From the NCBI GenBank assembly GCA_000320545.1, contig ADNK01002609.1, positions 1-64,000 on the forward strand: a stretch of DNA of 64,000 nt. Direction: 5' to 3'. Of the stretch, positions 55,797 to 64,000 are shown piece by piece. A program made the translations under genes and the position numbers. How positions within the stretch are numbered: position 1 is the first letter of the stretch; each line of letters begins with the position of its first letter. This stretch comes from Bigelowiella natans CCMP2755 (lineage: Eukaryota; Protista; Cercozoa). The notes below the pieces were generated by a model. The model did no database searches. It saw only the letters and a program-made list of their open reading frames with translations, and had not been told where the DNA came from.

Positions 55797-55850
55797 GGAG
55801 GCGAATATGTCGACTGATTCGCTTTCTGTAGATCTAGTCCTTCAGTCGCG

Positions 55851-55881
55851 TTTCGCGCGTGTTTGGGTTTTGCGCGCCAAA
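55851..55881. promoter_or_regulatory. Two E2F-type sites in the CDC6 / Dicer-like divergent promoter
   Basis: TTTCGCGC at 55851-55858 (+) and TTTGGCGC at 55874-55881 (-) match TTTSSCGC, 55-85 bp upstream of the CDC6 ATG. CDC6 is an established E2F target in animals and plants. Confidence 0.6.
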
Positions 55882-56170
55882 CAATATCGGCGATGGTGCT
55901 CGATCCTACGACAATCAACATATCCTTGTCGCAGTACGATTTCGTCTTGAATATGCATGTACCTTGTAATCCTTCCAGATTCCCGGCAAACGCGGTGAGA
56001 TATCACATGAAATTGCCGCCGACTTGCACTGCATTATCCTCCCACTTTCAGCTAAAATATGCACTAAAACCTGCATGCGCGCTAATAAGTTGAAAGGAAT
56101 GCCATGGTATTTTCCGCTGCGACATGTCTTCTTTAGCTTTTTTTTTTATCTTTTCTCATTGCGATGTTTG

Positions 56171-58845
56171 ATGGGATTGACCACCAGCAGCTCTCCTTGC
56201 CAAAGGTGGTGTTTGAGCACGCTGGAGCACGAAGCAGCAAAGGCTAACCATCATCACAATGGCTGCCGACCAATGAAGATTTGCCAGATTGAGTTGAACG
56301 AATTTTGCTCCACGTTGAACACGGTAGGACAGAGAAATGTGAGAGAGAGTAAGTGCAATCAGCCCGGAGATTTGCTCATCAAGCGAGTACGCGGATTCTT
56401 TGCGGCGAACCCCAAATTCGATGCTCTAGCTCTTAAGGTTGAGAGTGTTATTTCGAAATTCCATAAATGTTTACGATTTCAATAATTAATTGTTTTTATG
56501 GCAAGAGGAGAGAAGCACGTTATAGCTGCATGTCAATAAGCATGGCGATCAGAAAGAAGCATTTTTAGATGCATGACGATACTCAGAACAACCTCATTCT
56601 TTCGTTGACATGATTTGCTCTTCAGTTTCCTAGCCCCAAGATTTTTAAAGCCAAAACTAGTGTCACACTCGGCGAGCTTCGCACGAAAACTTCGCAACTT
56701 TTCGAGAAGAAGGGAAATATCCGTGTTATCCTGCGAGAGGCGTCACGCGAGGTTGTGTTCCTAACTGAGCCAGCCAATGGCAACCAATTATCATCGGGCG
56801 AATGTAAAGAGACAGCGACATCTTCAACAATGGATCTATTTCTACGCCCTACTCCGAGGTACTCTTTGGACCCAGGCCTTTTGGTGCTCAACGACACGGT
56901 AATCTCCGTCAAAACTTCGGAGATTTTGGATCATCAGGGTAGCATGAGCAAGCTCTCGATGTTCTGCCAGAAGAAGAGATTAGCGCCCCCTCATTACAGT
57001 GTGCGGCAGTTTCTGAAGCCAAATTGGCTAAGCCCTGAGGCTGTGGCTACCTTCGTGGCAGAGGTGGAGATTAATGATCCTCGTCCCAAGATGAAACCAA
57101 CAACCCTTCGTCGCTTCGAGGGCTACAATTCTGTCAGCAAGAAGGCAGCCAAGGCCTCCGCTGCGCTCCAGGCCTGCATTTGGTTGTTTGAGATAAAGTT
57201 TCTAGATCCGAACTTGGACGTCGTGATGGATACTGGGAACCTTCTCCCGGCTATGGAGATTTCGTACCAACGCTCGCACAAAATTAGCAATCTGTACAGA
57301 TTCATAGCGCAATTTGCCACGCCTAATCCTGCAGGCAAACAACAGCCTCTTGTGGCCATCTCACACAACGACATTTCTGGAAGAGTGCAGCCGCTTGCTA
57401 TACCAAACGAGCGCCTCGATGATTTCTACAGACTCATTGCTGACTCGTGGCACGAACCACTGTTCTTCAGCGAGGAGGCCGCGCACAGCACATACATTCT
57501 ATTCTTCGACATTGACCTTAAACTCAAGAAGAAACCTCCCCCTTCTCCCAGCTCTCCACCCGGTCCCAAATGGAAGGGGGGGCACACAACACGGGTGATG
57601 ATGGCGGTGATTAACGCGGTAAGCTCCGTGTACCACCCTCGTCTGGCAGCTCTTCGAGCACTCGAGTATATTTTCCACCGTAGAATCTCCCAACTCCGCA
57701 GCGGGGCGTTGGACCTCTCGTCGGCCGCCAGCTCGTGTGCTAGCCTGGTGCTCTCTTACGCCGATAACTTGGAGGATGAGAGCAAGGACAGTGTAGCCAA
57801 CCTGATGCTAGTGGTCTCGGAGTCGAAGATCGATTGGCTTCGATCTTACGGTAAAAAGGGCCTTCACATGCACTTCCCGCGCCTCTTCGTCGATAGCCGC
57901 ACACACGAAATACTCTACCGCCTGATCCTCATTGAGCTCAAAGCATGCTGCCCCGCTCCTGGTCTCTACGTTCATTGCGATTACACAGCGGCGCCGTATA
58001 ACAAGCGTGCTACCACGGCTGGGTCATGGCCGACCGGAAAGATGCAACCCCCTTCCCCGCCATCTCCGGGTTTTGAATTCTACAGCCTACAGGAGGGATG
58101 GGGAGGGGACCACGACCGACTTGCTGGAGAGAGGGGAGAGCAAGAGGGCGCGCTGGACGCCGCGTGTGTGCTGGACCCACGCATTCGGATGATAGGGATG
58201 CGGAAGGCAGAGAAGTGTCGTTGTCCCGAGCGACTTCGCGCAGAGCGTCAATGCCGGAAGAGAAATCATAAGATCGACGTGGGTCGCCGCTATACCGTCA
58301 CGGCGATATATGTGGCAATGACGACGATGGAGCTGATAGAGGAGGAAGAGAAAAGATGGATGAGGAAGAGGGGGGGCAGGGGCAGGAGCAGCGGGAAGGC
58401 TGACAGTGTCAAGAAGAGACGGAAGAAGATCGCTGCTAGGGTCGCTCTCGCTATTCCTTCGTTCCGGTATGGATGGAGGCTGTGGCGCAAAGATGCTCAG
58501 GAGATGCAACGGTGCGTCACTGTTTATGTATGACTCTGCTCTCCAAATGCACTTACTTCTTGCCCTCCGCTCCCACCACCACCACCACCACCACCACATT
58601 CAATACTTCTTATATCAAGCAACACGAGATTCCTTCGCTACGCCATCAGGTTCTCCATTGTAGACCAGCAGGAGAACACAGTGTCTTTCGAGCAGGCCCG
58701 TCACATACGAGAGACACGTGTAGAGCTACTCCACCTTCTCTCGCTCCGGAAATCCGCCCCCAGTAAGTAAGTAAGTAAGTAAGGACGGAAGGAAGGCGAC
58801 AAAATGAATGAAGGAGGAGAAGGGGTTTGGAAATACAGATGGCAA

Positions 58846-58879
<34 letters not shown>

Positions 58880-59107
58880 CTGTATTATGTGGCCAATGCT
58901 ATCACGTCTCTCTGTTTCGCAACATTAGGAACCCAAGCTTGGATTCCAGAGTTCCACGAAGATGACGAAAACAATGACGGTGGTGGTAGCAGTACCTGTG
59001 ACGACATCGACGACGATTACACAAACACCAGCAGGGAAAAGAGCAACGTGAAAGTAAGGGGAGCTGCTCATTCTACCGTTGCGGGCGTTGAGGATTATGG
59101 AGTTAGA

Positions 59108-59142
<35 letters not shown>

Positions 59143-60168
59143 CGATTACAAAGGTGATGATGCCGATTTGCAAAGGAAAATAGTGGAGGAACATAGGGCT
59201 CATTGTGACAATGATAACATTGAGGAAGAAGGGAGGGAGGGGAAGGGGGGCGAGAAGAGGCGAAATGATGATAGGGCGATAGCGCATAGTAGTCACGCTA
59301 TTGAGGAGGCACTCGCAGCTCTAGACGGAATCGAGAAATGCACGGATTTGATGTCGGCCCCCATGATCATGACGAATGAGGAACAGAACAATAGCGGGAT
59401 TGCTTCTGGGAGTACGACTGAGCGCAAATCTATCAAGATGCGCGGCAAACAGACTGAAAAAGTATCATCAGCTAAGGTGAGGCCATTACAACGCGAATCA
59501 TCATCAACGTTAGGAGATTTCCTTGAATCCCTCAAAAGACGCTGGAACGCAAAGGATGTTGTGAAGGGGAGGAGCAAGGAAGAGGAGGAGAATCAGGAGG
59601 AGGGAGGTGATGATGACATTGATAGGGAAGATGGATATCAGACTATTGCTGGCAACATCGACGAGAAGAAGGCGAATGTGCTGAACGAGGGAAAGTGCGT
59701 ACTACGGAAGCTTTCAGAGCGCGAATATGTGCTCTTAGTTCTGCGGGGAAAGACAACGGGATGTAGTAGGGGCGATGATGTTGTTAAGGCAAAAAATGGA
59801 TTTAATGGCAGTGATGAAAAGCATCAAGATATGATCGGCAATAATGGTAGTTTAGTGGATGATGTTGAGTGAACGACATTTCTCACCCTCACTCTCTCTC
59901 TATCTCTTTCTCTTACTTATCATTCACTTCGCTCAGTATTTGTTATACACATGCAAACGTTGAAATCACCAGTAGATTGGTTCTTTCCGCGTGCTGTAGC
60001 GTTTATTATCATTGTCATCACCATCATCACCCTTTGAAGGCGGCAAAATGGGAGAGGCGGAGAAGGGGCACTACTCCGACAAGATCGATGGGAGGCTATA
60101 TCTGGCTACTCTAACGATGAATCAAGCGGCTAAAAGAATCAATGAATGGATGACCTCCGTATTATTAC

Positions 60169-60205
<37 letters not shown>

Positions 60206-60737
60206 GTATACATGTATACATTATTCTATGTGCACGTGTCCCCGAAGGAGGGCCTCGTGCTTTTCTCACCCCCCCTCCCCTTCCCTCTGCATACTGCTAT
60301 CATTACTACAGGTGGAGAGCTTCAAGTATGTTGAATTCGAGAAGGCTGGAGCGCTGCAAAATACTTCTCCCCTGATTTCTGACATTGCAGCAGAGACCAA
60401 GTTCAGATATAAGGTGCTATTATGTGCAATCTGCACTCCGCTCAACCCCCCTCACCACCTCTCCTTTCCCTTCACCCTCATTTTCCTTTTTTCGCTTCGT
60501 TCATTTCCAGCAGTAATCAACAATGCATTCATCATCGAATCATCGTTGTCGTGAAAACGACAAATTAACTGTTTTTGGATAGGCGCGTGTGCCGTGGGTG
60601 GAAGCTGGTATTGAGGACATTCTCACAGGCCTTCCGATGCCGAATGACAGGGTATTTGTTAGTTATCCAGTAATACGTTCATGTTTACTAAAAATAATGA
60701 ATATCAAAAGTATGTGTACATATGTAGATATGAATAT

Positions 60738-60815
<78 letters not shown>

Positions 60816-63800
60816 TTTTGTGTGTTGATGTGGTGTTGCTTACTCGATGTAGCTTGCTCGGAGGGTTTGCTTTATGCAGGTCATACAGCATCTCCACAGA
60901 CAGGTTACTACAAAAGAAGGAAGGAAAGGAGGGAAAGGAGGAATTAGAGGAGGAGGAAGAGAGGCATAGAAACAGAGAGACACAGGGAAAGAAACATTTT
61001 AACCCAGTAGCACAGTTTTCTTCTTTATCTCCCTCTTCTTCTTCTTCCTTTCCTGTCGCTATTTTCGTCGATCATAGGGCCGAATTGATGATGAGCTTTT
61101 CCCTATTGGATGGAAGGAGAGGCAGCTACAGCAGCAGCAGCAGCAAGAGGAAACAGAGAGCAAAGAAGACGATGCTGATGATTACAGTGAAACCTTTGCA
61201 TCCCCATGCCGCAACAGTAACACGGCAAACGAGAAAAAGAAGAAGAAGAATTACAACAAAAGAAGCTCTAAGACCACCGCAAGCACCCTTGCATCGCATC
61301 TCAAAACAACATCTGTGCGTCGGCACCTTCCGTCAGCGTTTATTCCTGAGAAGGGGAGGGGGTGCGAGGACGAGGGAGAGAAGAAGGAGAACGAATGGGA
61401 AGAGGGGAAGAAGAAGTTGGGAGAATCGAAAGAAGCGATAAAGACGAAACCACAACAGCTGCAGCTGCTCTCCGAAAAGGCCTTCGTCGCGTATAGAATT
61501 GATCTTGGGGAGAAGATGTTTGGATGGTGCGTTATCTTGCCCAGGCATGCAGAGAACATCCTTGGCCGTCAGATGTGTGTTCCACTGCCTCATCGAGACC
61601 ATGACTTAAAGAATGTGACAACGACAACGACGACCACGACGACGCCACAGCAGCAGCGCCCGCAGCAAAACAATGAAAACTGCATTAATAGCAGTATGCC
61701 AGAGTGCGTATGGCTTCGGAGGCTTGGGGGGGATAGCAGCCAGAAGCATTTGTTTCCTCCATCATCGTCGTTGTCGCTGCCGTCGTCTATGTTCTCCTCG
61801 GGAGAAAACGGAGGAGGGGGGGGAGAAGGGGGAGGAAGAGGAGTAAGTCTGATGAAACTTGCGCGTCATTTCCACCAGATGATCTTTACCATGTTACTAG
61901 CAAAGGAGGGGCGCATTACGGCCCTCCACCAACTCCTCGTTCAAATCTCACAAGACAATCAACGAACCGGAAGCAGCAGTCCCAGAGGACTCTATCTTAT
62001 TGCCCCTCTCCACAGAGTGAGGAGAACAACAACAGGCAGTTGCGACAATAGCAGTAGCAACGGTAAGTGGGAAGTAGACTGGGAGACAATGCAGCATTTG
62101 GTTTGCCTTGTCAGGAATCCAGAGCAGTATCGTTACGCTAGCAGTAGTGGTAGTCGTACCAGCAGTGTTAATGCAGCGCGGGGCGACGGTAGCAGCAACA
62201 AAATGGCAAAGCACAACCGTTCCTGTCTTCATCTGCCTAAACGATGGCTTCTCAATCAAGGAGAAGAAGAAGAAGAAGAACACGGAAAAGAAGAAGAGAA
62301 TCCGTTAATAAGAGGAGGAGGAGATGGTAAGCACCGCGATAAAGCCAGAGGAAATGGTAGAGGGGGGAAGAGAGAAAAACGACAAAGGGGGGCGGGGAGA
62401 ATCCTGATCCGAGAGATGTGCGTTATCAGCCTCTATAACCTGCTAGTCTACAAGCCGCTCGGAGCAGAATCCGACGTGACGATGGACGACCTCTTCCCCG
62501 ATGGTAGTGGGAGGACATACAAGCGACACTTCCAGCTGCAGATGGGGAGGGTTCTCAAGGCAAAAGACCAGCTCCTCCTCAGGGTGCAGAACGACTTCTG
62601 GCGCATCAGCAACTCGATTCATACTGCTGCTGGCCAAAACACCACCACCAAGACAAGAGGAGTAGGGTTCCCTATGACAGCTGCGGCTAACGCTGCTGCT
62701 GCTACTACCACTACCAGTAGCAATGATGACAACTCCTATGCCCTGATTCCTCAAGAGCTCACTTGGTGGTTCGGAGTAAACCTATCCTCGTTGGCGCGTC
62801 TTCCCTACTTTCTTTCCGAATGGCAAGCGTGCCTCTCCCTCCACGACCTCGCGAAAAGCATTGCCTACCCCCTACCATGTTTCTCCCCGTCCCCCGCTGC
62901 TGCTGCTGCCACGGTTCCAGCGGTCATGTTCGGGGAGGGAAAGCGACGGTTCAGGCTGTTGCGTGCTTCCTTAACCAGCCCAAACGCACAACCGGGATTT
63001 GCACGGAACTGGGAGCAGCTCGAGTTCCTCGGTGATGCGGTGCTGGAGATGCTGATCGTCGAAAGCCTTTTCTACCTCTACCCTGATGACGAGGTCCGCC
63101 TCACACGTGACTCGCAGGCCGTTCTCCGCAATGCGAACCTCCGCGATTTGTACGTGAATGCTCGTCTCCCGCAGTACGCACACATCGATCCGTACGTGCA
63201 GGACCATTGGTATCCTCTCTGTGGCTTTTCGCGTCCCGTCGCTCACTTTACTCACAACTCTGCCGCCGCGGGTGATAACAGGTTCAAACGACTACGTGCT
63301 GTTAGCGGGGGGGGCAGCAGGAGCAAAGTCAAAGGAGCCGAAAATGCCGGTAGTAGCGGCCTGGGCAACGACCTGAACAAGATTACGCTGCAGCTTAAGC
63401 AGATGAGCGACTCCGCGGAGGCATTGGTTGGTGCTTTCTATGCACTCGCATGCGACGTAAATCCGCGCGAGGGGCTAGAGAGCGCACGGCCCTTCGTGAC
63501 CGACGTGCTCGGTGTGCGACTTCCTTCAAAGCGCGAGAGAGATGCTCGCTTTGAGCAATACATGCAGCGGATTCGCAGCCTGCGACTGGGAGGACATGGA
63601 GGGCAGATGGCCATGTTGGCGAGAGCAGAAGCATCTGTCTCCCGCTTTTACAAAGTCACAGGCTATCGCTTTCTCAACTCAAACCTCCTTATATCGGCTC
63701 TCACATCCAAGGCCGTCGATGCGCGTAACAACTATGAGGCGTTGGAGAAGCTGGGCGACGCGATCATCAAGACGATGGTGTCCACCCGGTTGTACGAGCG

Positions 63801-64000
63801 TGCGGATACATTCTGCATGACGCCGCACCACCTGCACAAGCTCAGGCTTCAGTTTGTGCACAACAACTTGTTCGGGTGAGAGCACATATGAACCGAATGC
63901 ACACTAGTAAAGTGTCATATTATATGCTAAAAAAGGAGCGATGCTATTACTTATTTGCGTGCATCATATGTCTGCAGGTACGTCTTCTACTCGTCAGGGT
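56171..64000 (+). CDS. Helicase-less Dicer-like protein fused to an AEP primase-polymerase domain (DUF283 - AEP - acidic linker - DUF283 - PAZ - RNase IIIa - RNase IIIb), truncated by the window edge
   Basis: Phase-consistent GT-AG exons 56171-56437, 56626-58511, 58650-58762, 58929-59846, 60040-60158, 60312-60413, 60583-60651, 60853-60903 and 61078-~63875. Motifs: SKKAAKASAALQACIWLFEIKFLDPNL; LFFDIDLK, KGLHMHFP, LDAACVLDPRIRMIGMRK; QHLHRQGRIDDELFP; TYKRHF...DQLLLRV...LIPQEL; WEQLEFLGDAVL...SDSAEALVGA; NYEALEKLGDAII. Confidence 0.85.

Larger units (their letters stand above)
6300..60812. repeat. Numerous intronic microsatellites and homopolymers: (TA)n, (TG)n, (TC)n, (GAT)n, (GTA)n, poly-C/G
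   Basis: Directly visible in most internal introns of the long genes, typically 20-45 bp per run. They generate most of the spurious ORFs in the track. Confidence 0.95.

Noticed and set aside
56755-63879. Treating ORFs 56755-58533, 58808-59872 and 61315-63879 as separate genes
   Set aside because: Canonical GT-AG sites join them with matching phases, a DUF283 motif is split across the joins, and no promoter-like or junction tract intervenes. cDNA proof is still needed.
1-64000. CRISPR arrays, rRNA or tRNA genes, LTR or autonomous transposase/RT genes
   Set aside because: No regularly spaced repeat-spacer units, RNA gene signatures, or RT/integrase/DDE motifs seen by eye. A tRNAscan/Rfam run would be needed to exclude small RNAs.

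Overview
Gene-dense eukaryotic nuclear DNA from a protist-like organism: GT-AG introns full of microsatellites, and an axonemal p28 gene implying flagella. Left to right: 3' end of an unknown gene; FLZ/DUF581-type zinc-finger gene; five-C2-domain + LRR gene; a ~3.9 kb island almost free of TpA, containing a hAT-like non-autonomous transposon and gene relics; processive GT2 glycosyltransferase; VPS45; CCCH zinc-finger gene; Sec6/EXOC3-like gene; EEP-fold gene; Tudor-like hypothetical gene; DNALI1/p28; CDC6; and a Dicer-like gene running off the right edge. Top finding: hand-splicing gives one phase-consistent Dicer-like gene with no helicase. It carries an archaeo-eukaryotic primase (AEP/PrimPol, giant-virus-like) domain between two Dicer-dimerisation (DUF283)-like domains, then PAZ and RNase IIIa/IIIb, and lies head-to-head with CDC6 across E2F-type sites. 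Also notable: apparent TpA->TpG/CpA hypermutation of the repeat island (a mirror image of fungal RIP), and CTAG/GCATGC-rich tracts at all five convergent gene junctions. All domain calls are by-eye motif recognition; no database search was run.
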